A DNA stretch of 24,624 nucleotides from a virus (Duplodnaviria; Heunggongvirae; Uroviricota; Caudoviricetes): IMG/VR virus record IMGVR_UViG_2585427758_000008. One strand, given 5' to 3'. The translations under genes were made by a program, and so were the position numbers. Positions 1 to 8,598 of this stretch are shown here, piece after piece. The stretch's first letter is position 1, and every line of letters starts with the position of its first letter. The notes beneath the pieces were generated by a model that was not told the origin of the DNA, made no database searches, and saw only the letters and a program-made list of their open reading frames with translations.

Positions 1-1
1 C

Positions 2-24
2 CATAAGCGCTAACTTAAGGGTTG
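2..24. repeat. IS186 terminal inverted repeat (window-left end)
   Basis: Exact reverse complement of 1318..1340. Confidence 0.9.
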
Positions 25-172
25 AACCATCTGAAGAATGCGACGCCTCGGTGCCTCGTTAAGACGATGCCTCGCGTTCTTCAATTGCGCTTTGTAGGCT
101 GTCAGGGATACTGTCCCACGAATGGCCACCTGTAAGCTCCAGATGACCATTTTTGTTATTCTCCACAACGAG

Positions 173-1285
173 TTAGTTCTTCTTTTCGGATCCGGCACTT
201 CTGGGGGGGAAATCCAGCGATGGCTGGATTATGTCGTCAATTAAAAATGCGGCGAGTAGATTAGCAAATATCCACGCTTTCGCGAGTTCAGGTTCCTTTG
301 CACGCAAAGCATCCAGGTGCAGCAAACTTTTGAGCCGCTTAAAAGCCAGTTCAATTTGCCATCGCAGACGGTAACAATCAGCCACTTGCTCTGCTGAATA
401 TTCATCTTCCGGTAATGATGTTAGCAATAGCACATGGCCCGCTGCTTCCAGCGTTTCCGCCTGAACTACTCGTCCTTTTCGACGATTCTCGCTGAGCAGT
501 CGGGTTTTACTGATTAATGCTTTTTCGGGAGGAAGTGATACGGCAATGAGACGTGCCGGAAAGGGAGCTCCGGCTTTTTTATTACCTGAATTGCCTATCA
601 TTACAGTGGTTTCACCGTTCTTACCGCAATCCAGCCCGCGCAGAAAACCCATCATGTCAAAGCGCATTCCTTCTGCAGTTAACCAGCGCAATCCTCGCCA
701 GTGAACCCGGACGATATAATCAGCTTCTCCAAAAGCAAGTGAGCGGATACATTCGGGACGCGAACCGAATCCCCGGTCAGCAATGCGTATCTCGTCTGCC
801 GTTTGCGCAAATCGGTCCAGCCGTTCAGCGTCTCTGCTGTCGGTTAGCTCAAAATCAGTGAACTGACAGGTATGAGGATCATATCCCATATGTAGTCGCC
901 ATTCAGCGCTGCCGCCCCCGGGCGCACTGATTGCTGTTCCATCGACAAGACGCAATCTCTTTCCGCTTGTACAACCCGTAACTGCGGCGCGTACAGCAAG
1001 TGTTTGTGCGGCAAGTATGCCAAACCAGTCGGCGGCATTCCGCAGCCGCTTCAGGAGAGCCACGTCAGATAATGTTGCAACGTCATGGAGCTGAGCCCAT
1101 GCAGTGACTTCACGTAATGACATCCCCCCGGGGCCGTAAGCCAGCCCCAGACGTAGCAGAGTTGCAGCATCACGAATTTCGCGGCGGCGGGTTAGAGCCC
1201 CGGCATTACGTGCCGAAGTATCCAGTTCTTCGGGCTTACCAATATGGGCCAGAATTGCTGACCAGTTATCGTGAGAGTAATTCAT
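173..1285 (-). CDS. insL: IS186 transposase (IS4-family DDE transposase)
   Basis: ORF track 173..1291 begins at a GTG; the ATG two codons in (1285..1283) gives MNYSHDNWSAILAHIGKPEEL..., the InsL N-terminus as I recall it. It fills the space between the IS terminal repeats. Confidence 0.88.
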   Translation of the reverse strand: MNYSHDNWSAILAHIGKPEELDTSARNAGALTRRREIRDAATLLRLGLAYGPGGMSLREVTAWAQLHDVATLSDVALLKRLRNAADWFGILAAQTLAVRAAVTGCTSGKRLRLVDGTAISAPGGGSAEWRLHMGYDPHTCQFTDFELTDSRDAERLDRFAQTADEIRIADRGFGSRPECIRSLAFGEADYIVRVHWRGLRWLTAEGMRFDMMGFLRGLDCGKNGETTVMIGNSGNKKAGAPFPARLIAVSLPPEKALISKTRLLSENRRKGRVVQAETLEAAGHVLLLTSLPEDEYSAEQVADCYRLRWQIELAFKRLKSLLHLDALRAKEPELAKAWIFANLLAAFLIDDIIQPSLDFPPRSAGSEKKN

Positions 1286-1317
1286 CGGCACGTTAAATCA
1301 TATCAGGCGTAATACCA

Positions 1318-1340
1318 CAACCCTTAAGTTAGCGCTTATG
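1318..1340. repeat. IS186 terminal inverted repeat (window-right end)
   Basis: Exact reverse complement of 2..24. Confidence 0.9.
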
Positions 1341-1709
1341 ACCGGCACCCCCACCATCTGCCACGGCCATACCGGCCCGGATGTGAAACCGGGTATGACA
1401 AAAACCGATGAAGAATGTCTGGAACTGCTGGAAAAGGACATGAAATGGGCCTTTGCGGCTATCGATCGTCATGTTCAGGTGCCGCTTACCCGTGGTCAGA
1501 CGGTGGCGCTGGCTTCGTGGATCTTCTGGGCCGGTGAAACGAACTTTCGCAACTCCACGCTTCTGCGCCTGATCAATGCCGGGCAGATGCCCGCGTCCTG
1601 TAAGCAGTATATCCGCTGGATTTATTCAAAGGGGGTAAAACTCCCCGGTCTTGAGGCCCGCCGTTCGGCGGATGAATGGTTATGTCGCTACGATTTGCCG
1701 AAAGTCTGA
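1341..1709 (+). pseudogene. Phage endolysin (T4-lysozyme-like), 3' fragment interrupted by IS186
   Basis: Translation begins ...TGTPTICHGHTGPDVKPGMTKTDEECLELLEKD, resembling the T4-lysozyme YTIGIGHL motif region. The upstream part that should carry the catalytic Glu/Asp and any signal-anchor segment is absent; the reading frame runs straight into the IS186 repeat. Confidence 0.7.
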
Positions 1710-1821
1710 ACCGCTTCTGGCGACCACTCATGATTGCGCTGTTGTGTGTCGTTGTGGTGCTCCGGGGTGTGCTGTGGCTGCGGTGAATAATCCCTTACCG
1801 GCCCTGATTGCCGGAGGGTGT

Positions 1822-2172
1822 ATGGCGGCGCTGGGGGTGATGAGCGTGCTGGCTGCCGTGGTATGGGGAATGCACCAGAAGACACAGCGTCTTGAAGACA
1901 ATAATCATGTGCTTGTGCGTGAACGGGACGAAGCCCGTCTGGTGCTGGCAAACCAGCAACGTACCCTGCAACTCATTTCACAAATCAGTAAGGCGGCCAC
2001 GAATGAAAAACAGCAGAACATGCAGCACAGCGAGGAACAGCAGAGCATTGTCCGCCGGTCGCTGGCAACGGTGCCTGCGGCCTCTGTTCCTGTGCCTGAT
2101 GATGTGGCTGACCGGGTGCGGCGGGCCGTCTGTGAAATACGTGCCGGTGAAGCCGGTGCCGATCCCCGCTGA
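1822..2172 (+). CDS. Inner-membrane spanin (Rz-like), start uncertain
   Basis: Position right after the endolysin; N-terminal hydrophobic segment (AALGVMSVLAAVVWG) followed by a charged, Gln/Glu-rich probable coiled coil; GGAGGG upstream of the ATG at 1822. An upstream in-frame GTG would lengthen the membrane segment. Confidence 0.5.
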   Translation: MAALGVMSVLAAVVWGMHQKTQRLEDNNHVLVRERDEARLVLANQQRTLQLISQISKAATNEKQQNMQHSEEQQSIVRRSLATVPAASVPVPDDVADRVRRAVCEIRAGEAGADPR

Positions 2173-2374
2173 ATGGCTGGCTGACTGTCTGGTTCCTCCT
2201 GTGCCGCAGCCGTTCACGTTTGGCGCATCGGTCACTTACAACCTGCAACTGCTGGCGGTGATTAAGAACTGCAACGTGGACAAGGCCAGCATCCGCCGTC
2301 TGGAGGCACAGCGACAGCATGAATTTACTGATATGGCCGGAACGACTGCTGTTCCGGCAGGAAAGACGAAGTAA
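2003..2374 (+). CDS. Outer-membrane lipoprotein spanin (Rz1-like), overlapping the 3' end of the i-spanin gene in another frame
   Basis: ORF in the +1 frame relative to the i-spanin; lipobox-like LTGC after a hydrophobic stretch (LFLCLMMWLTGCGG); proline-rich mature region; extends past the i-spanin stop. Start codon not certain. Confidence 0.5.
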   Translation: MKNSRTCSTARNSRALSAGRWQRCLRPLFLCLMMWLTGCGGPSVKYVPVKPVPIPAEWLADCLVPPVPQPFTFGASVTYNLQLLAVIKNCNVDKASIRRLEAQRQHEFTDMAGTTAVPAGKTK

Positions 2375-2384
2375 GGAAAAAGGT

Positions 2385-2612
2385 ATGGATGATTCAGATT
2401 GTGCTCAGGCAGTCGTGGAGCGGGCAACAGAACGCGCCCTTTGTGACCGGCTGACACGTAAGTGCCGGGTGGAGGAGACTCCGGGCAGGCGTGTATGCGC
2501 AGACTGCGGGGGTGACATTCCGGCCGCCCGTCTGGTTGCCGTGCCGGATGCCATCCGTTGTGTGAACTGCCAGAGCATCATGGAGGCCGGTCATGTGGGT
2601 CAGCATCGTTAA
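2385..2612 (+). CDS. TraR/DksA-family C4 zinc-finger protein
   Basis: 75-aa product MDDSDCAQAVV... with CADCGGDIPAARLVAVPDAIRCVNCQ (CxxC-17-CxxC); AAGGA Shine-Dalgarno upstream of the ATG at 2385. Confidence 0.55.
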   Translation: MDDSDCAQAVVERATERALCDRLTRKCRVEETPGRRVCADCGGDIPAARLVAVPDAIRCVNCQSIMEAGHVGQHR

Positions 2613-2904
2613 AGATTATGTCGTGCCGATCCTGTCGGCAACAGCCACGGCCGGGGGGATCTTTATGGCGCTGATGCGCAAAACCTTTGTCCCCCGCGAG
2701 GCCTTTGAAAAACTCTCCGACCGGGTTGAGCGGGTGGAGAGCCGGATTTCCGGCCTGCCCACGCAGCAGGAGGTGAACAGACTCAATATCGAAATCACCA
2801 CCCTGCGCGGTGAGCTTAAGGCCACCAATGCCACCCTGAAATCCGTCTCCCACCAGAACGAACTGCTGCTGGAGCAGGCTGTAAGGAAAAAACACAATGA
2901 GTGA
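2593..2904 (+). CDS. Mu gp25-like small membrane protein (one TM helix plus coiled coil; possible lysis accessory)
   Basis: N-terminal hydrophobic segment VVPILSATATAGGIFMALM followed by a heptad-like charged region; GGAGG before the ATG; syntenic with Mu gene 25. Confidence 0.45.
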   Translation: MWVSIVKDYVVPILSATATAGGIFMALMRKTFVPREAFEKLSDRVERVESRISGLPTQQEVNRLNIEITTLRGELKATNATLKSVSHQNELLLEQAVRKKHNE

Positions 2905-3187
2905 TTTCATTACTGAAGATCAGCGTCTTGTCATTCTGCGGTCGCTGGCGGATTACAACGGCGAACTGGGCGAATCCGTGCTTCAGGACTGCCTGGATGA
3001 TTACGGCCACCGCGTGTCCCGCGACACCGTTCACACCCACATTGCCTGGCTTGCTGAGCAGGGACTGGTGCGTAAGCGCACGCTTGTTAACGGTTATTTC
3101 ATCGCTGAACTGACCGGCCGGGGTCAGGATGTGGCGGAAGGTCGTGCCACTGTTCCGGGTGTGAAGAAACCACGCGCAAGGGGGTAA
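2897..3187 (+). CDS. Mu gp26-like small protein (possible winged-helix fold)
   Basis: 96-aa ORF with AAGGA RBS, translationally coupled to neighbours; assigned by synteny only. Confidence 0.4.
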   Translation: MSDFITEDQRLVILRSLADYNGELGESVLQDCLDDYGHRVSRDTVHTHIAWLAEQGLVRKRTLVNGYFIAELTGRGQDVAEGRATVPGVKKPRARG

Positions 3188-3189
3188 CG

Positions 3190-3771
3190 ATGGATAAGCC
3201 GACGCGTGGCCGTGTACGCAAGGTGGATTTGCTCCCCGACAGCATCCGTAAGCCGCTGCTGGAAATGCTGCGTGAAAAACGTCTGACGCAGGTCCAGATC
3301 CGCGAGGAAATCAACCGTCTGATCCGTGAAGCAGGTCTGCCGGAAGAGCAGCAGCTCTCACCGGCGGCCATCAGCCGGGAAGCCTCCCGTAATGAGCTGA
3401 TTGCCCGTAATCTGCGTGATTTACGCGAGCAGACAAAAGCCATGATGGCCGAACTGGGGGATAAGCCGACCGGTGAAACCACGGCACTGATTCTGGAGAT
3501 GTCCCGTGCCCTGATGTACCGCCGTCTGCGTGCCGCCACCGAATCCCTGAACAGCGACAGCGATGTGGATATGCGCCTTATTAAGGACATCCTCCTGTCG
3601 GCACAGCGTGCAGAAAGTGCCGCCGAGCGCAGCATTAAGCGTGAAAAAGAAATCCGGGCCGCATTTGCTGAAGAGATGGCGAATGCGGTCACCGATGAGT
3701 TGCGCGGCGTGGATGGCATGAGCGAGCAGATCGAATTCCGTATCAGGCAGATGCTGCTGGGTAAGGCGTAG
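3190..3771 (+). CDS. Terminase small subunit (Mu gp27-like)
   Basis: 193-aa basic, helical protein directly upstream of the large terminase, as in Mu. Confidence 0.6.
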   Translation: MDKPTRGRVRKVDLLPDSIRKPLLEMLREKRLTQVQIREEINRLIREAGLPEEQQLSPAAISREASRNELIARNLRDLREQTKAMMAELGDKPTGETTALILEMSRALMYRRLRAATESLNSDSDVDMRLIKDILLSAQRAESAAERSIKREKEIRAAFAEEMANAVTDELRGVDGMSEQIEFRIRQMLLGKA

Positions 3772-3781
3772 GAGGTGAATC

Positions 3782-4030
3782 ATGGCAACAGATAACCGCT
3801 CACTGATGAGCAGTGCCCATCAGAAAGCATTCAGTCTTGCAACACAGTTACCTCCTGAAACCATAAAGGTATGTCGTGAGTTGACTGAACTCAGCATTGC
3901 CGGGGAAATATCCCTGGAACAACTGCATTCGCTGCTGGCAGAGGCTGCCACTGATGAGTTGAGCGGCGTGGACGTGATGACTGAAGAGCTTGAGTCCCGA
4001 ATCAAAAGCATTCTGACAGGTAAAGCATGA
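3782..4030 (+). CDS. Small protein whose C-terminus duplicates the small-terminase C-terminal tail
   Basis: Strong RBS (AGGAGG, 7 nt before the ATG). C-terminal AATDELSGVDVMTEELESRIKSILTGKA aligns with the gp27 C-terminus AVTDELRGVDGMSEQIEFRIRQMLLGKA; the underlying DNA is also similar (3950.. versus 3691..). Stop overlaps the large-terminase start (ATGA). Confidence 0.45.
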   Translation: MATDNRSLMSSAHQKAFSLATQLPPETIKVCRELTELSIAGEISLEQLHSLLAEAATDELSGVDVMTEELESRIKSILTGKA

Positions 4031-5694
4031 TGAACAAAGCCAGAGAAACGTCGCCTTCACTGATGCAAATGACGCCTCCCCGCAAAATTGATCTGTCCGG
4101 TGAAAAAGCCCTGCTGGGCGTGGATGTGCCGGACAGCCTTGATTTGCCCGGTGATATGCCGGTGTTTCTGGATTATCAGGCCCGCTGGTTTGCAGATGAA
4201 AGTCAGGTCTGCATCGCGGAGAAATCCCGCCGCACCGGTCTTACCTGGGCGGAAGCCGGGCGTAACGTCATTACTGCTGCAAAACCGAAGCGTCGTGGTG
4301 GCCGCAATGTGTTTTATGTGGGATCAAAGCAGGAGATGGCGCTGGAATATATTTCTGCCTGCGCGCTGTTCTCCCGTGCCTTTAACCAGCTGGCAGATGC
4401 TGATGTGTATGAGCAGACATTCTGGGATCGGGATAAAAAAGAAGAAATTTTGACCTACATGATCCGCTTTCCGAACAGTGGATTCAAAATTCAGGCATTG
4501 TCTTCCCGTCCGTCAAACCTGCGCGGCCTTCAGGGGGATGTGGTGATTGATGAAGCCGCGTTCCACGAGTCACTGGATGAGCTTCTCAAGGCGGCAATGG
4601 CGCTCACTATGTGGGGCGCGCGCGTGCGTATTATCTCCACGCATAACGGCGTCGATAATCTGTTTAATCAGTACATTCAGGAAGCCCGCGAGGGGCGCAA
4701 GGATTACAGCGTCCACCGCATAACCCTGGATGATGCCATTGCGGACGGGCTGTACCGTCGTATCTGTTACGTCACCGATCAGGAATGGTCACCGGAAAGC
4801 GAGCAGAAATGGCGTGATGATCTCTACAAAAACGCCCCGACCCGTGAGGATGCCGACGAGGAATACGGCTGTATCCCGAAAAAATCCGGCGGTGCCTATA
4901 TCCCCCACGCGCTTATTGAAATGGCGATGATCCGCGACATCCCGATTCTGACGTTTGAAGCCCCGGACAACTTCATCAGCCGTGCCGCATGGCTGCGTGA
5001 ATCGGAAGTTTTAACCTGGTGTGAAGAACATTTAAAACCGCTTTTAGAGAAATTAAATCCCCGTTCCCGCTTCAGCTTCGGGGAAGACTTTGCCCGCACC
5101 GGTGACCTGTCCTGCTTTATGCTGCTGGAAATCACCGAATCCCTGGCAAAGCGCGAGGTGTTTCGCGTGGAGCTGCGCAACCTGCCGTATGCCCAGCAGG
5201 AACAGGTGATGATGTACATCCTGACCCGCGTTCCGGCGCTGGTCGGTGCGGCGTTCGACGCCACCGGTAACGGCGGCTATCTGGCAGAGGCCGCACTGCT
5301 GGCCTTTGGCCCGGATATCATCGACTGCGTGATGTTGTCGCCGAAGTGGTACGGCGAGTGGATGCCAAAACTGAAAGCCGAGTTTGAAGATCAGAATATC
5401 CTCGTCGCCCGCCATCAGACCACGCTTGATGATTTGCGCCATGTGAAGGTAGTGAATGGTATCCCGCAAATCGACAAGGGGCGCACGAAGGACCAGAACG
5501 CAACGGCTGCGAACGCCCGCCGCCATGGTGATTTTGCCGTGGCGCTCTGTATGGCAAACCGGGCGTCATACATGGAGGGCTTCATCCTGGATGAATCAGC
5601 CTGTCAGGCGCTACCGGAGCGGTCGCGGGCAATGGAGGGCGGTTATCGTGATGACGATGAGGCATATCATGAATTTGATCGGGGGGGCTGGTAG
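4027..5694 (+). CDS. Terminase large subunit (Mu gp28-like)
   Basis: 555-aa ORF in the expected position and size; contains a DVVIDEAAF segment consistent with a terminase ATPase Walker-B-like motif. Confidence 0.85.
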   Translation: MMNKARETSPSLMQMTPPRKIDLSGEKALLGVDVPDSLDLPGDMPVFLDYQARWFADESQVCIAEKSRRTGLTWAEAGRNVITAAKPKRRGGRNVFYVGSKQEMALEYISACALFSRAFNQLADADVYEQTFWDRDKKEEILTYMIRFPNSGFKIQALSSRPSNLRGLQGDVVIDEAAFHESLDELLKAAMALTMWGARVRIISTHNGVDNLFNQYIQEAREGRKDYSVHRITLDDAIADGLYRRICYVTDQEWSPESEQKWRDDLYKNAPTREDADEEYGCIPKKSGGAYIPHALIEMAMIRDIPILTFEAPDNFISRAAWLRESEVLTWCEEHLKPLLEKLNPRSRFSFGEDFARTGDLSCFMLLEITESLAKREVFRVELRNLPYAQQEQVMMYILTRVPALVGAAFDATGNGGYLAEAALLAFGPDIIDCVMLSPKWYGEWMPKLKAEFEDQNILVARHQTTLDDLRHVKVVNGIPQIDKGRTKDQNATAANARRHGDFAVALCMANRASYMEGFILDESACQALPERSRAMEGGYRDDDEAYHEFDRGGW

Positions 5695-7283
5695 TGGGAC
5701 GCATCATTGATACTGACGGAAAACCTTTCTCCTTTGACCCGGAGATGCAGAGTGCCGCGCTGGATATTCCGCAGATTGCCAGCCGTTATATTGAACATCC
5801 GGCTTCGGGTATCACCCCGAACCGGGCGGCGCAGTGCCTTCGCGGGGCTGAACGTGGCGATCTGATTGCCCAGTCCGATCTGGCCGCTGATATTGAAGAA
5901 AAGGACACCCACCTTTTTGCGGAGCTGGGCAAGCGACGTCTTGCCATTCAGGGGGTGCCATGGAGTATTGAGCCGCCACCGAACGCCAGCGCGAATGAGA
6001 AAAAGGACGCGGAAATGCTCGACGAATATCTGCATTCCGCAGACTGGTTTGATGCCATGCTGTTTGACGCCACGGATGCCATCCTGAAGGGCTATTCCTG
6101 CATGGAAATTGAGCACGGGATGCTCGGTAAAATGCACATCATCCGCGCCATCCGCTGGCGTGACAGCGGGCATTTCTGCCTTAACCCGGATGATTTGAGC
6201 GAACTGCGGCTGCGTGACGGCAGCCATGCCGGGGTGGCGTTTCAGCCTTTTGGCTGGATAGTGCATCAGTCACGTTCACGGACCGGTTACGGTGGCGCAA
6301 CGGGGCTTGTCAGGACGCTTATCTGGCCGTTCATTTTCAAAAACTATTCCGTGCGCGATCTGGCCGAATTTCTGGAGGTGTACGGACTGCCGATGAAGGT
6401 CGGGAAATACCCGTCCGGGGCAACACCGGAGCAGAAAAGCGCCCTGATGCGGGCGGTGATGGATATCGGGCGACGTACAGGCGGGATCATCCCGGCCGGG
6501 ATGTCGCTGGAATTTCAGGCGGCAGCAAACGGGCAGGCCGATCCATTTGAAACCATGATTTCGTGGGGGGAGCGTTCCATCTCCAAAGCAATACTCGGCG
6601 GCACGCTGACCACGGAAGCCGGAGACAAAGGCGCGCGCTCGCTGGGTGAGGTGCATAACGAGGTGCGCCGGGAAATCAGGGATTCTGATTTACGGCAGCT
6701 GGCTGCAACCCTGAACCGCGATCTGGTGTATCCGCTGTACGCCCTGAACACCACGCACACTATTGATATCCGCCGTCTGCCACGTATCTGCTTCCAGACC
6801 AAAGAACCAGGTGATATCACCAAAATCACCAGTGCGGTGATGCAGCTCAGTACGGGGATGGATATTTCTGATCCCTGGATACGGGAGCAGACCGGTATTC
6901 CGCAGCCCACGCCCGGTGAAGCCATATTCCGTGTCCGTCAGAGTGGCAATGAACCGGCTCAGACCGACAGGGAAACACCACCGGAAAAACAGGAAAAAAC
7001 AGAGCAGACGGCGCTGTCAGCCAGACTGCCGGAAGCGAAAAGCACGCCGCGTGATGAACTGGATGATATGGGGGACGCGGTGCCTGCCCGCCGCTTACAG
7101 GAGGCCATCGACCCGGTACTGGAGCCGGTCATTGATGCCATCAGAACGCGGGGGCTGGCGGATGCGCTGGCAGACCTGCCTGCCCTTTATCGTGAAATGG
7201 ATGATTCCCGCCTGATGACGCTGCTCAGTGATGCCATGTTTGCTGCGGAAATGAAGGGGATGCTGGATGACACAGGGGATTGA
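5694..7283 (+). CDS. Portal protein (Mu gp29-like)
   Basis: 529-aa ORF directly after the large terminase; apparent GTG start overlapping the terminase stop (TAGTG); acidic C-terminal region. Confidence 0.8.
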   Translation: MGRIIDTDGKPFSFDPEMQSAALDIPQIASRYIEHPASGITPNRAAQCLRGAERGDLIAQSDLAADIEEKDTHLFAELGKRRLAIQGVPWSIEPPPNASANEKKDAEMLDEYLHSADWFDAMLFDATDAILKGYSCMEIEHGMLGKMHIIRAIRWRDSGHFCLNPDDLSELRLRDGSHAGVAFQPFGWIVHQSRSRTGYGGATGLVRTLIWPFIFKNYSVRDLAEFLEVYGLPMKVGKYPSGATPEQKSALMRAVMDIGRRTGGIIPAGMSLEFQAAANGQADPFETMISWGERSISKAILGGTLTTEAGDKGARSLGEVHNEVRREIRDSDLRQLAATLNRDLVYPLYALNTTHTIDIRRLPRICFQTKEPGDITKITSAVMQLSTGMDISDPWIREQTGIPQPTPGEAIFRVRQSGNEPAQTDRETPPEKQEKTEQTALSARLPEAKSTPRDELDDMGDAVPARRLQEAIDPVLEPVIDAIRTRGLADALADLPALYREMDDSRLMTLLSDAMFAAEMKGMLDDTGD

Positions 7284-8598
7284 TTTAGGTTATGCCGCCA
7301 CGCTTCCCTCAAAAGAGGCGGTAGCATACTTCCGTGTCAAAGGGGCGCATATCAGCTGGAACTGGTTCGAAACAGCCGCGGATGTTCATGCCCGCTCATT
7401 CACGGCAGCAAAAGCGGCACGCCTGGATGTGGTGACCACGTTACAGGCCGAAGTGCAGCGGGCCATTGATGAGGGAATTTCACAGAAAGCATTTATCCGC
7501 ACGCTGACGCCACGCCTGCAAAAGCTGGGATGGTGGGGAAAGCAGATTGTGGTGGACAGCGACGGTAACGCGGAAGAAGTGCAACTGGGCAGTCCCCGTC
7601 GTCTGGCGCTGATTTACAACGTGAACACCCGTGTGGCTTACAATGCCGGGCGTTACACGCAGATGATGAACAACACGGACACGCATCCGTTCTGGCAGTA
7701 TGTGGCGGTCATGGACAGCCGTACCCGCCCGTCGCATTCCGCCCTTAACGGTCTGGTATTCCGCTATGACGATCCGTTCTGGAAAACACACTACCCACCT
7801 AATGGCTGGAACTGCCGCTGCCGTGTGCGGCCATTGTCTCAGGCTCGTCTGGATGCAATGGGGTTATCCGTTTCATCCGGTGAGGATCATCTCTCCACCC
7901 GCAATGTTGAGGCTGGCGTGGATAAACAGACCGGAGAAGTCAGAGAAATGCCGGTGACCACATATTCAGATGGCACCAGAACCATGACACCGGATGTGGG
8001 CTGGTCATATAACCCCGGCTCGGCAGCGTTCGGCACAGACCAGGCGCTGATCCGCAAACTGATCGAGGTGAAAAGCCCGGCGTTACGGGAAATGGTGGTT
8101 CAGGAGATGAACAACAGCCCGGAGCGGCAGCTGGCGTTCCGCATCTGGGCAAAAAACATCATGCAGACCCGGCGAGGTGGTAACGATATCCGCACGCTGG
8201 GCTTTATGACTGAAAGCATTGCGCAGGCAGTGGAAAGCCGGACGGGAACGCCACCGGCCCGCCTGCTGGCGATGAGCGGTAAAAATGTGCTCCATGCAGA
8301 CAGTGTGAAACATCAGAATGACGGCATCGCCCTGATGCCAGAGGACTTCGGGCGCTTACCGGCAATGCTGGCAAAGCCAAAAGCGGTGCTGTGGGACAAA
8401 CGGCACAAAAATCTGATGTATATCGTGGAAAATAAGGATGGCAGTGTGCAGATTGCCGTTAATGCACCGTACAGTCTGAAACGTCAGCCCGACAAACTGG
8501 ATGTGATTGTGAATGCTTACCGGGTTATCAATATGGATAAGCTGAAATCGGATATCCGGGGCGGAATGCTTGAGGTGCTGGAAGGACAAATTGATTAA
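7267..8598 (+). CDS. Mu F-like head morphogenesis protein (gp30-like)
   Basis: 443-aa ORF containing the MuF-type segment PFWQYVAVMDSRTRPSHSALNGLVF...NGWNCRCRV; position after the portal as in Mu. Confidence 0.75.
   Translation: MTQGIDLGYAATLPSKEAVAYFRVKGAHISWNWFETAADVHARSFTAAKAARLDVVTTLQAEVQRAIDEGISQKAFIRTLTPRLQKLGWWGKQIVVDSDGNAEEVQLGSPRRLALIYNVNTRVAYNAGRYTQMMNNTDTHPFWQYVAVMDSRTRPSHSALNGLVFRYDDPFWKTHYPPNGWNCRCRVRPLSQARLDAMGLSVSSGEDHLSTRNVEAGVDKQTGEVREMPVTTYSDGTRTMTPDVGWSYNPGSAAFGTDQALIRKLIEVKSPALREMVVQEMNNSPERQLAFRIWAKNIMQTRRGGNDIRTLGFMTESIAQAVESRTGTPPARLLAMSGKNVLHADSVKHQNDGIALMPEDFGRLPAMLAKPKAVLWDKRHKNLMYIVENKDGSVQIAVNAPYSLKRQPDKLDVIVNAYRVINMDKLKSDIRGGMLEVLEGQID

Larger units (their letters stand above)
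2..1340 (-). mobile_element. IS186 insertion sequence (IS4 family), complete copy
   Basis: Perfect 23-bp terminal inverted repeats cataagcgctaacttaagggttg at 2..24 and its reverse complement at 1318..1340; single 370-aa transposase ORF between them whose translation matches my memory of IS186 InsL. Confidence 0.88.

Noticed and set aside
10-861. Short ORFs inside IS186 (10..198 minus, 553..861 plus, 844..1038 minus)
   Set aside because: They overlap the transposase gene or its antisense strand; IS186 is considered to encode a single transposase.
1730-1786. 18-codon hydrophobic ORF between endolysin and spanin as a mini-holin
   Set aside because: Too short, no RBS, and it overlaps a possible alternative upstream start of the i-spanin.
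3099-3719. 206-aa minus-strand ORF, Arg/Ser-rich
   Set aside because: Lies entirely antisense to the small-terminase gene in GC-rich DNA; composition is typical of a spurious antisense frame; no RBS or context.
5667-6266. 199-aa minus-strand ORF
   Set aside because: Antisense to the portal gene, which is well supported by size and synteny; likely a GC-rich artefact.
7267-8598. MuF-type polymorphic toxin with a C-terminal toxin domain
   Set aside because: The F protein is about the length I expect for a plain Mu F protein, and the downstream DNA is a structured non-coding gap followed by G, with no small immunity-like ORF. Cannot be excluded without a domain search.
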